Assembly: GCA_046758705.1 (NCBI GenBank) | Contig: JBHIAT010000060.1 | Location: forward strand, 1 to 19,134 | Reading direction: 5' to 3' | Source of the DNA: Candidatus Bipolaricaulia bacterium | Lineage (GTDB): Bacteria; Bipolaricaulota; Bipolaricaulia; JBHIAT01 | Length of the DNA stretch: 19,134 bases | Part shown: one piece after another, positions 1-7,553 of the stretch | Layout: every line of letters begins with the position of its first letter | Position numbering within the stretch: position 1 is the stretch's first letter | The notes under the pieces: model-generated | The model's input: the letters and a program-made list of their open reading frames with translations, nothing else | Database searches by the model: none | Told to the model about the DNA's origin: nothing | Position numbers and translations under genes: made by a program

Positions 1-26
1 ATCTAATTTTGAAAGGAGAAGACAAC

Positions 27-941
27 ATGGCAATAAGAAGCGGTGTGGCAGTAGCAAGTGAGGTGACACCGATTGAACTGCCCCAAACCCAGCCCAACTT
101 TGTAGAGACGCCGGCTGTAGCGAATGTCATCGGGAGAGCGATGCGGTATTTTCAAGCCGGCCTGCCGGTCCATTTCAGCGGTCCAACAGGCACCGGCAAA
201 ACCACCCTGGCCCTGCATCTCGCCGGTCAGCTCGGACGACCGGTCATACTGATCCATGGAGATGAAGAGTTCAGTACCTCAGACCTCGTGGGTGGAGAGT
301 ACGGTTTTAAAAGATCAACGGGGGTCGATAATTATATTAAATCCGTTCTCAAGACGCAAGAGAGTTTAAAGGTAAGCTGGGTGGATAAAGGGCTCACCAC
401 AGCATGCAGGCACGGGTATACCTTCCTTTATGATGAGTTCACCCGGGCCCGTCCGGAAGCAAACAACATATTGCTTTCGGTTCTGGAGGAGAGGATTCTC
501 GACTTACCCATCGCCCGAGAAACGGACGGCCATATGCAGGTTTCTCCCAACTTCAGAGCCATCTTCACCAGCAATCCCGAGGAATATGCCGGCGTTCATC
601 CAGCCCAAGACGCCCTACGAGATAGGATGATGACCATAAAATTACGGGGTTACGATCGGGAGACGGAGGTCGCTATTACCCAGGTCAAAGGGGGTATTCC
701 TCGCAGCGAAGCTGAGAAGATCGTGAAGATCGTTCGCGGATTCAGAGAGGCAAACAACGTATCCACCGCAACGGTGCGGGAAAGCGTGATGATTGCCAAG
801 GCGTTAAGTGTAGATGGCTCGCAAGCGAGAGCCGATAGCGAGAGCTTTGTACAGGCGTGTATAGATGTTTTGGGGGCGAAGACCGAGGATAGTGGTGAAT
901 TTGAACAGACGGTCACCGATTTAATTTTGGAGCATTGTTAG
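27..941 (+). CDS. gvpN: gas vesicle protein GvpN (MoxR-type AAA+ ATPase)
   Basis: Walker A GPTGTGKT, Walker B region YDEFTRARPEANNILLSVLEE, FRAIFTSNPEEYAGVH...QDALRDR typical of GvpN. ATG at 27 preceded by AAAGGAG. Confidence 0.95.
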   Translation: MAIRSGVAVASEVTPIELPQTQPNFVETPAVANVIGRAMRYFQAGLPVHFSGPTGTGKTTLALHLAGQLGRPVILIHGDEEFSTSDLVGGEYGFKRSTGVDNYIKSVLKTQESLKVSWVDKGLTTACRHGYTFLYDEFTRARPEANNILLSVLEERILDLPIARETDGHMQVSPNFRAIFTSNPEEYAGVHPAQDALRDRMMTIKLRGYDRETEVAITQVKGGIPRSEAEKIVKIVRGFREANNVSTATVRESVMIAKALSVDGSQARADSESFVQACIDVLGAKTEDSGEFEQTVTDLILEHC

Positions 942-957
942 CTCAGGAGGGTTGAAA

Positions 958-1197
958 ATGCTCGGCGTAGAAAGGCAGGTTTTAGCGTTAATCAAGGGGT
1001 TAGGATGGGCTGATAGGGAAGCCATAGCCCAAAAGATGGGGGTTTCCCCCAACTATCTGGATAAGATACTCAATGGCTTGATCAGAGATCGTTATCTATA
1101 TAAAACAGAGCGAGGGCAGTACAGGCTGAGATCTAAAGCCAAACGAGCGCTGGCCCCCTATCGAGGGGCGGTCATTGCCAGCACCGGCCCCCTATAG
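958..1197 (+). CDS. small winged helix-turn-helix protein (Rrf2/MarR-like fold)
   Basis: EAIAQKMGVSPNYLDKILNGL...GQYRL resembles a wHTH. AGGAGG at 945-950 lies 7 nt before ATG 958. Tightly packed in the operon. Confidence 0.75.
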   Translation: MLGVERQVLALIKGLGWADREAIAQKMGVSPNYLDKILNGLIRDRYLYKTERGQYRLRSKAKRALAPYRGAVIASTGPL

Positions 1198-1210
1198 AGG
1201 GTGATACGAA

Positions 1211-2272
1211 ATGTCCACAGATAGAAAGTTCATCTACGGGGTAATAAACACGGAACGGGAGAAAAGATTTGATTTCACCGGGATCGGGGGCGGGGAAGTT
1301 TATAACATATGCCACCGAGATATCTCCGCGCTGGTCAGCGATGCCCCCGGCCTGGCGTTCGATTCTATACCTAAAGAGGAGATCCTCCGCCACCTGGTCA
1401 TCTACCAGTATGTGGCTGAGCAGGTGATGAGGGATGGGGATTGCACCGTCATCCCGGTGAAGTTTGGCACGATGGCCGAGGGACAGGCGGAGGTCAAGAA
1501 AATCCTATCCAAGGGCTATCCCCGATTTAAACACTCACTTGATGAGCTGGACGGGAAGATCGAGTTCGATATCGTCGCTCTATGGAACGACATGGATTCT
1601 GTCTTCCAGGAGATCAGGGAGGAACAGGAGATCCAGGAGGTCATCGCCGGGATCACCGGGAAACCTCCCCGGGAAGCTCACCAAGACAAGGTCAAGGTGG
1701 GCGAGCTCGTCCAGGAGAAACTGGTTCAAAAGCGGAAAAAGCTTTCAGATGAAATAACAGGCTCCCTGAAACAGGCGGCTTGTGATCTCCGAGAGCATGA
1801 GCTTCTGGAAGGTGAAGCGATGATCATGAACGTCTCTTTCCTGGTCGATAAGAAAGATGTGGAGGGATTCAACCGGAAGCTCTACGAGCTGGACGAGCGA
1901 TATGAGGGACAGTTGACCTTCAGGCAGGTGGGGCCCCTTCCCCCGTATAGCTTTAATATGATGGAGGTCCAAGAGATCGGTTTCGAGCAATTCAATCATG
2001 CCTGCCGGCGTTTGGAGTTAAGGGGAGACCAGGTCACCGCTCTCGAGATCGAGCAGGCCTATCAAAGGTTATCCCGAAAGTACCATCCCGATCAGCGGGG
2101 TGGCGACCCGGAGAGGTTCGAACAGATCACCGAGGCCTACCAGCTGCTGATCGATTATTGTGAGAACACCCCGAAGGAAGACGGGAGATACCCCTTTATC
2201 GAGGAAAATCGCAAAGATTTCATCATCAAGGTGGTAGCACCTCAGCCGCTCAAAAGCGTTGTCGCGGCTTAA
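1211..2272 (+). CDS. GvpL/GvpF-family gas vesicle protein with C-terminal DnaJ (J) domain
   Basis: N-terminal FIYGVI, TVIPVKFGT and GPLPPYSF GvpL/F motifs, followed by EIEQAYQRLSRKYHPDQRGGDPERFEQITEAYQLL (J-domain, HPD at 2084-2092). Confidence 0.9.
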   Translation: MSTDRKFIYGVINTEREKRFDFTGIGGGEVYNICHRDISALVSDAPGLAFDSIPKEEILRHLVIYQYVAEQVMRDGDCTVIPVKFGTMAEGQAEVKKILSKGYPRFKHSLDELDGKIEFDIVALWNDMDSVFQEIREEQEIQEVIAGITGKPPREAHQDKVKVGELVQEKLVQKRKKLSDEITGSLKQAACDLREHELLEGEAMIMNVSFLVDKKDVEGFNRKLYELDERYEGQLTFRQVGPLPPYSFNMMEVQEIGFEQFNHACRRLELRGDQVTALEIEQAYQRLSRKYHPDQRGGDPERFEQITEAYQLLIDYCENTPKEDGRYPFIEENRKDFIIKVVAPQPLKSVVAA

Positions 2273-2293
2273 AGAGGGAGATCATCGCGAAAG

Positions 2294-3052
2294 ATGGACA
2301 AAGGAAAGTACATTTACTGCATCATAGGAACCGATAAGGAGAAAGAATTTGACGTCGAAGCGATCGGAGATCCGGCTCATCGGGTCTATACGGTCGGTTA
2401 CCGAGATATCGCGGCCGTCGTCTCCGATTCACCCGTGGAGGAATATGAGATTACCCGAGAGAACACCCTGGCGCACCAACGGGTCATGGAGGGGGTAATG
2501 AGGGAACATACCGTCCTGCCGGTGAGGTTCAACACGATCGCCGAGAGCAACCAGAAAAACGGTCCCGAAGCGCGGATTAACCAGGAGGTCCTGAAGCGGA
2601 GATCTAAGGAGTTCAAGGATCTGCTCGCAGAATTAAATGGGAAAGAGGCGCTCGGCGTAAAGGCGTTATGGACCGATATGGACCTGGTCTACGCCGAGAT
2701 CGCCACGAACAACAGGACGATCAGGAGATTGCGGGGGAAGCGGGTAAGCCGCGACACGGGGATTGAGATCGGCCATCAGGTCAGGGCCGCATTGGAGGAG
2801 AAAAAAGAGAGGGAGGAGCGGGCGATACTGAACGTTCTCAAGGAAGTTTCGCATGATTTCTGTATCAATGAGGGATATGGTGACAGGATGGTGACCAATG
2901 CCTCCTTCCTGGTGGAGACGGACCGCAGGGAGGCGTTCGATGATCGGCTGGATCAACTGATGACCAAGCGTGATGGGAGGATGGTGTTCAAGTATGTGGG
3001 CCCCATGCCGCCCAGCGATTTTGTGGAGATTGTGGTGAACTGGGAGGCGTGA
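2294..3052 (+). CDS. gvpF: gas vesicle protein GvpF (GvpL/GvpF family)
   Basis: GKYIYCII, AHQRVMEGVM, TVLPVRFNTI and YVGPMPPSDFV motifs. Directly upstream of gvpG, as in known gvpFG pairs. Confidence 0.88.
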   Translation: MDKGKYIYCIIGTDKEKEFDVEAIGDPAHRVYTVGYRDIAAVVSDSPVEEYEITRENTLAHQRVMEGVMREHTVLPVRFNTIAESNQKNGPEARINQEVLKRRSKEFKDLLAELNGKEALGVKALWTDMDLVYAEIATNNRTIRRLRGKRVSRDTGIEIGHQVRAALEEKKEREERAILNVLKEVSHDFCINEGYGDRMVTNASFLVETDRREAFDDRLDQLMTKRDGRMVFKYVGPMPPSDFVEIVVNWEA

Positions 3053-3058
3053 TCGACG

Positions 3059-3301
3059 ATGGCGTTCCTGGTGGATGATATCCTACTGGCTCCGGTCAAG
3101 TTCCCTGCATGGATGGCGAAAAAACTTATGGACCAGGCGGAGGAGGAGATGACCGATGAATCGAAGGTGCGAGAGTTGCTTTTAGAGCTCCAAATGAAGC
3201 TTGAGCTGGGAGATATCGGTGAAGAAGAGTATGAGAAGCAAGAGACAGAGATCATGGAATGGTTAAATTTCATCAGAGCGCGTAAGAAAGAAAACGGGTA
3301 A
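3059..3301 (+). CDS. gvpG: gas vesicle protein GvpG
   Basis: FLVDDILLAPVK...AEEEMTD...LLELQMKLELGDIGEEEYEKQE pattern of GvpG. Confidence 0.92.
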   Translation: MAFLVDDILLAPVKFPAWMAKKLMDQAEEEMTDESKVRELLLELQMKLELGDIGEEEYEKQETEIMEWLNFIRARKKENG

Positions 3302-3316
3302 GGAGGTGAGTTCAAT

Positions 3317-3595
3317 ATGGCCACACCGGCGGAGTTAGTCAGAACGGCCCGGGAACAACTGAGTGAGCTGACCGGATTGGAGCTTGCCAGTACGTTGGGT
3401 GTCACCAGAAAAGAGGAAGGTTGGCAGATATCCTTGGAGTTGGTGGAGAAGCATTCCATCCCCGAGCAGATGGATATCCTGGCAAGATACGAAGCTACGC
3501 TAGATGACGACGGCAACCTGCTGGACTTCAAGCGCAGGGGCCTCCGCAAGCGCGTCGATACCGAGTGGATTACCGAGGAGGAGCTGGCGGAATAA
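3317..3595 (+). CDS. gvpO: gas vesicle protein GvpO/GvpR
   Basis: GWQISLELVEKHSIPEQMDILARYEATLDDDGNLLDFKR matches the GvpO pattern. Strong RBS AAGGAGGT. Confidence 0.9.
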   Translation: MATPAELVRTAREQLSELTGLELASTLGVTRKEEGWQISLELVEKHSIPEQMDILARYEATLDDDGNLLDFKRRGLRKRVDTEWITEEELAE

Positions 3596-3671
3596 CCGTA
3601 AGAATGGAGATCAACGATTGATTTTTTCCTCAGTGACTCAAGAGCATGAAACGAAGGCAACCCAGGACGGG

Positions 3672-5699
3672 ATGCCGAGCTTTCTGAATAACGAGGATTT
3701 GCGACTGATCATCTTTGGTGGCAAGGGGGGCACGGGGAAGACGACCTCGGCAGCGGCCACAGCCGTCTATCTGGCCCAACGCCACCCGGCGAAGAACATC
3801 GTGGTGATCTCTACCGACCCGGCACACTCGCTGGGAGATAGTCTGAGCTGTTCGGTCAGGGGGGAAAGGACATCTATAACGAGAAATCTCTCGGCTTTGG
3901 AGTTAGATCCGGCAAAGTCCCTTGAGACGTTCAAGGCAGACCATAAACGCCGGATTGAGGAGCTCGTTCAGCGATCCGGTTTCTATGGCCAGGTGGATAT
4001 CAAGGAGTTCCTCTCTTTTTCCCTGCCGGGGATGGAAGAGATAATGATCTTTATGGAGATGGCCAAGTTGTTCAAATCCACCTGGCAGAAAAGACCTGGA
4101 GAGGATCGTTCCGTTTACCGCCCCAGGTGTGATGTGATGATACTTGACACGGCTCCCACCGGTCACACCCTTCGGCTACTCTCTCTGCCTCAGAGGATGG
4201 AGGAGTGGATTGAGGTCCTTGATGAATCGCTCAACAAATACCGCACCCACCCCAGGCTGTACGCGACCAGTGAACCGAGACGGGGAGGAGATTGGGTTGA
4301 CCGGTTCGTGGAACAGCTACACAGGGACATGGAGTGGGTCGGCTCGCTGCTTACCAACGCTGAAACCACTGAATTCGTTCCGGTGATCATTCCGGAACGG
4401 ATGGCCATCGCTGAGACGGAAGACCTCCTCCTCACCTTAGAAGAACGGGGGATCGCCGTCAGGAATATCATCATCAATAGGACTCGGGAAGATCGGGAAT
4501 GTGTGTTCTGTTCATCTCAACGGGGGAAACAGAAGATGGCTATCGCGGAGATCGAGGAGAAATTTTCCAGTTATCGGCTCATCGAAGTGCCCCTCTTCCC
4601 CTACGAAATTCGTGGCGATCAACGCCTGGCCGAATATGCTGAACGGTTGGCCGGAGAGACCCATCAGGATCGGCAACTAGAACCCAGTCGACCCCAACCT
4701 TCGGCATCTTTTCCAGTGAAGCTGCCCGAGCTGCTAACCCAGGATCTGAAATTTATCCTATTTGGCGGCAAAGGTGGAGTGGGCAAAACCTCCGTATCCG
4801 CTGCCACAGCTTTGCATGTGGCGAGGTGCTATCCCCAAAAAAAGGTGCTCGTCTACTCCATCGATCCTGCTCATTCATTGGCCGACAGCTTCGACTATCC
4901 GATCGGGGACCGGATCACCCAGGTGCCGGGGATTGACAATCTCTATGCCTTGGAGACGGATGCTGAAAGATTGTTTGAGAACTTCATGGGTGAATACCGA
5001 GCCCTTATCAAGGACGCCTTCGATATCTGGACCCAGGACGATAGGACCCGACGAAGGTTGGCATTACAGTTTGATCGGAACGTGATGAGCGCATTTTCCA
5101 AATCCGTGCCTCCGGGGTTCAATGAGCTCCTCGGGTTAGAGCAAATTATGGAATTCGTGGGGAAGAACGCCTATGACCTCTATGTTCTGGATACCGCACC
5201 CACCGGACACCTGCTTGAGCTCCTACAATTTCCTCAACTGATTAGAGATTGGGTGAAATACGCTTACCGAGGACTGCTGAAGTGGCAGCTGGAACTGCCC
5301 GTGACTGAGCTTCAGGAGTTGGGCAACAGGATCTTGCGGTCAACCACAGCGGTGAGAAAGATGCGAGACGCCCTCACCGACTCTGAAACGAGTGAATTTG
5401 TGGCGGTGACCATCCCTGAAGCAATGGGGATTGCTGAAACCGATCGGCTGACCTCGGCCATTCGAAAACTTGAAATCCCCTGGAGGCATGTCATTATGAA
5501 TCAGATCGTACCGCCCATGAACTGTGGCTTCTGCGCTTCCAAACGGGATGAACAGCTCAAGTATATTCAACAGGTGAAGACTGAAGATCGATATCGCGAT
5601 TGCCTGATCACCGAGATACCGTTGTTCCCTCATGAGATTAACGGGATGGATGATCTAACCGAGCTTACCAAGCTGATGTATGGGGAGGTAGAAAGCTGA
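3672..5699 (+). CDS. tandem two-domain ArsA/Get3(TRC40)-family ATPase
   Basis: Two deviant Walker A motifs (GGKGGTGKTT, GGKGGVGKTS), STDPAHSL/SIDPAHSL, two DTAPTGH, and one CxxC in each half (CVFC, CGFC). Start is 3672 (ATG) or 3618 (TTG). Confidence 0.92.
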   Translation: MPSFLNNEDLRLIIFGGKGGTGKTTSAAATAVYLAQRHPAKNIVVISTDPAHSLGDSLSCSVRGERTSITRNLSALELDPAKSLETFKADHKRRIEELVQRSGFYGQVDIKEFLSFSLPGMEEIMIFMEMAKLFKSTWQKRPGEDRSVYRPRCDVMILDTAPTGHTLRLLSLPQRMEEWIEVLDESLNKYRTHPRLYATSEPRRGGDWVDRFVEQLHRDMEWVGSLLTNAETTEFVPVIIPERMAIAETEDLLLTLEERGIAVRNIIINRTREDRECVFCSSQRGKQKMAIAEIEEKFSSYRLIEVPLFPYEIRGDQRLAEYAERLAGETHQDRQLEPSRPQPSASFPVKLPELLTQDLKFILFGGKGGVGKTSVSAATALHVARCYPQKKVLVYSIDPAHSLADSFDYPIGDRITQVPGIDNLYALETDAERLFENFMGEYRALIKDAFDIWTQDDRTRRRLALQFDRNVMSAFSKSVPPGFNELLGLEQIMEFVGKNAYDLYVLDTAPTGHLLELLQFPQLIRDWVKYAYRGLLKWQLELPVTELQELGNRILRSTTAVRKMRDALTDSETSEFVAVTIPEAMGIAETDRLTSAIRKLEIPWRHVIMNQIVPPMNCGFCASKRDEQLKYIQQVKTEDRYRDCLITEIPLFPHEINGMDDLTELTKLMYGEVES

Positions 5700-5778
5700 T
5701 GATCACAAAAGCGGGGAAACGGATCGCCCGTCCTGCGAGTGGAATGCCTCCCCCCGTCAGTGAGGAGCGTGATGAGCG

Positions 5779-6126
5779 ATGACCATAGAGGCCACGAAGG
5801 AGCGGACCGACGGGGGTCTGGCAGAGATGATTGACCGGATCTTGGACAAAGGGTTGGTGATCAACGCGGATATCACCGTATCGGTCGCCGGCGTAGAGCT
5901 TTTGGGGATCAAGATCAACGCCGCATTGGCTTCATTTGAAACCGCGGCCAAGTACGGCCTGGAGTTCCCCTCGGGGACCAACACCGAGACCGCAGCCTGG
6001 AAGGAAGCGATGCAACCCAAGGAAGCCTGCCCAAACTGCGACAAAAACGTAGCCGAAGCAGCGCTCCTGGATGGCGGCTGTCCGTGGTGCGGGTGGACCA
6101 GTGCCTGGGCCAAGATAAAAACATAG
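5779..6126 (+). CDS. gvpJ: gas vesicle protein GvpJ (GvpA/J/M family) with C-terminal CxxC...CxxC tail
   Basis: GLAEMIDRILDKGLVINADITVSVAGVELLGI...ASFETAAKYGLEFPSGT closely resembles archaeal-type GvpJ. Precedes gvpK. Confidence 0.85.
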   Translation: MTIEATKERTDGGLAEMIDRILDKGLVINADITVSVAGVELLGIKINAALASFETAAKYGLEFPSGTNTETAAWKEAMQPKEACPNCDKNVAEAALLDGGCPWCGWTSAWAKIKT

Positions 6127-6142
6127 AGGATAAGGAGGAAGG

Positions 6143-6499
6143 GTGCCCATCAACATCGATGAGCGCAGTTTAAAACACGGCGTTTTGGGGCTGGTCATCG
6201 CCCTGGTAGAGATCATCCAGGATGCGCTTAACCACCAGGCGCTCAGACGGATGGAAAGCGGCAGCCTCACCGAAGCGGAGGTCGAAAGATTGGGAAAGGC
6301 ACTCATGGAGCTGGATACCGCGATTGAGGAACTGAAACAGGAGCAGGGAATCGTCGAAGCGGTGCAATCGGTACGGGATGGCCTGGATCATCTTGCCTAT
6401 GACACCATCAATCAGTTAGTGAACCCAGAGAAGTGGGCAGAGATCAGAAGGAAGGCAGAAGAGCGTCAACATGCAAGAACAAGCAGAGGACAGTTCTAA
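6143..6499 (+). CDS. gvpK: gas vesicle protein GvpK
   Basis: LVIALVEII...QALRRMESGSLTEAEVERLGKAL GvpK signature. GTG start after AAGGAGG. Confidence 0.93.
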   Translation: MPINIDERSLKHGVLGLVIALVEIIQDALNHQALRRMESGSLTEAEVERLGKALMELDTAIEELKQEQGIVEAVQSVRDGLDHLAYDTINQLVNPEKWAEIRRKAEERQHARTSRGQF

Positions 6500-7256
6500 C
6501 GCCCAATATCTTTACTGTATCGCCAACAGCCCGGCACAGGTTACCCTGGGTGAGATAGGCATAGAGGGGAACGAGGTCTATACGATCGCCTATAAGGATC
6601 TGTGTGTGGTCGTTCATGATTGTGCCCCGCAGCCCTATGAATCCGAGGACGAGCAGATGGTTAAAGAGTGGGTGGTCGCTCATGTGAACGTTGTGGAGGC
6701 TGCTTGGGAGCGGTTCGGCACCGTGATCCCGTTCCGCTTCGATACCATCATCGATGGCGCTCAGGAGAACGTAACCAGCTGGCTAAAGGAGACATATGAA
6801 GATTTGAAGCACAGGATAATCCAATTCGAAGGGTTGGCAGAATACGGAGTTCAGATCTTTTGGGATCCTGAGATTATCATCGAAAGGGTGTCTGGTACAG
6901 ATACGACCATCAAGGAGTTGAACCAGAAGATAGCCGCCATGTCCGAGGGGACCGCCTATCTGCACCAGCAGAAGCTGGTGAAGCTGTTAAAGGAGAAGGT
7001 GGAGGAGGAAGCGGATCGATGTTTCAGGGACTGCTACAACCGGATTAGGGTGTGCATTGAGGACATACAGGTGGGGAGGGTGAAACAGGAGAAGGAGAGG
7101 GAGCAGGAACAGGGCAAACAGATGCTGGCCAATCTGGCCTGTCTGGCCGAAAAGCCCCCGCGGAGGTTGGGGGAGGAATTGGGGAAGATCGCGCGGATGG
7201 ACGGATTTTCCGTCCGGTTCACCGGACCCTGGCCGCCGTATAGTTTTGCCGATTAA
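6471..7256 (+). CDS. gvpL: gas vesicle protein GvpL (GvpL/GvpF family)
   Basis: YLYCIA, TVIPFRFDTII, EYGVQIFWD and FTGPWPPYSF motifs. Positioned between gvpK and gvpM. Confidence 0.87.
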   Translation: MQEQAEDSSNAQYLYCIANSPAQVTLGEIGIEGNEVYTIAYKDLCVVVHDCAPQPYESEDEQMVKEWVVAHVNVVEAAWERFGTVIPFRFDTIIDGAQENVTSWLKETYEDLKHRIIQFEGLAEYGVQIFWDPEIIIERVSGTDTTIKELNQKIAAMSEGTAYLHQQKLVKLLKEKVEEEADRCFRDCYNRIRVCIEDIQVGRVKQEKEREQEQGKQMLANLACLAEKPPRRLGEELGKIARMDGFSVRFTGPWPPYSFAD

Positions 7257-7260
7257 AAAA

Positions 7261-7524
7261 ATGGATCGATTGAAGATGGAACCGACCCGAGATAAACAGG
7301 TCACGATAGCCGACCTGCTCGATAGGGTTTTGGATAACGGGGTCGTGATCAGAGCCGATATCGTCATCTCCGTCGCCGGCATTCCCCTGATCGGAGTCAA
7401 TCTACAGGCCGCGCTGGCCGGGATGGAGACGATGCTGGAATGGGGGATGTTAGAAAGCTTTGATAAAGAGCTCCGAGAGCGGGAAGGTCAGCATCGGGAC
7501 GAGCTGTCCCTGGCCCAGGTATGA
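7261..7524 (+). CDS. gvpM: gas vesicle protein GvpM-like (GvpA/J/M family)
   Basis: MEPTRD...DLLDRVLDNGVVIRADIVISVAGIPLIGVNLQAALAGMETMLEWG resembles archaeal GvpM. Alternative start at ATG 7276. Confidence 0.8.
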   Translation: MDRLKMEPTRDKQVTIADLLDRVLDNGVVIRADIVISVAGIPLIGVNLQAALAGMETMLEWGMLESFDKELREREGQHRDELSLAQV

Positions 7525-7553
7525 ACCGATGGTAGTAGAAGGAGGGTTGGGAG

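Noticed and set aside
3504-3617. N-terminal extension of the ArsA-like ORF in the ORF track
   Set aside because: It overlaps gvpO in another frame and is Ser/Ala-rich, non-homologous sequence. The real start is likely 3672 or 3618.
2953-3660. Long antisense ORFs (e.g. 2953-3660, 10134-10682, 15361-15795)
   Set aside because: They are shadows of well-supported + strand genes, with no recognisable motifs.
3672-5699. Arsenic resistance operon
   Set aside because: No arsB, acr3, arsC, arsD or arsR nearby, and the gene is embedded among gvp genes.
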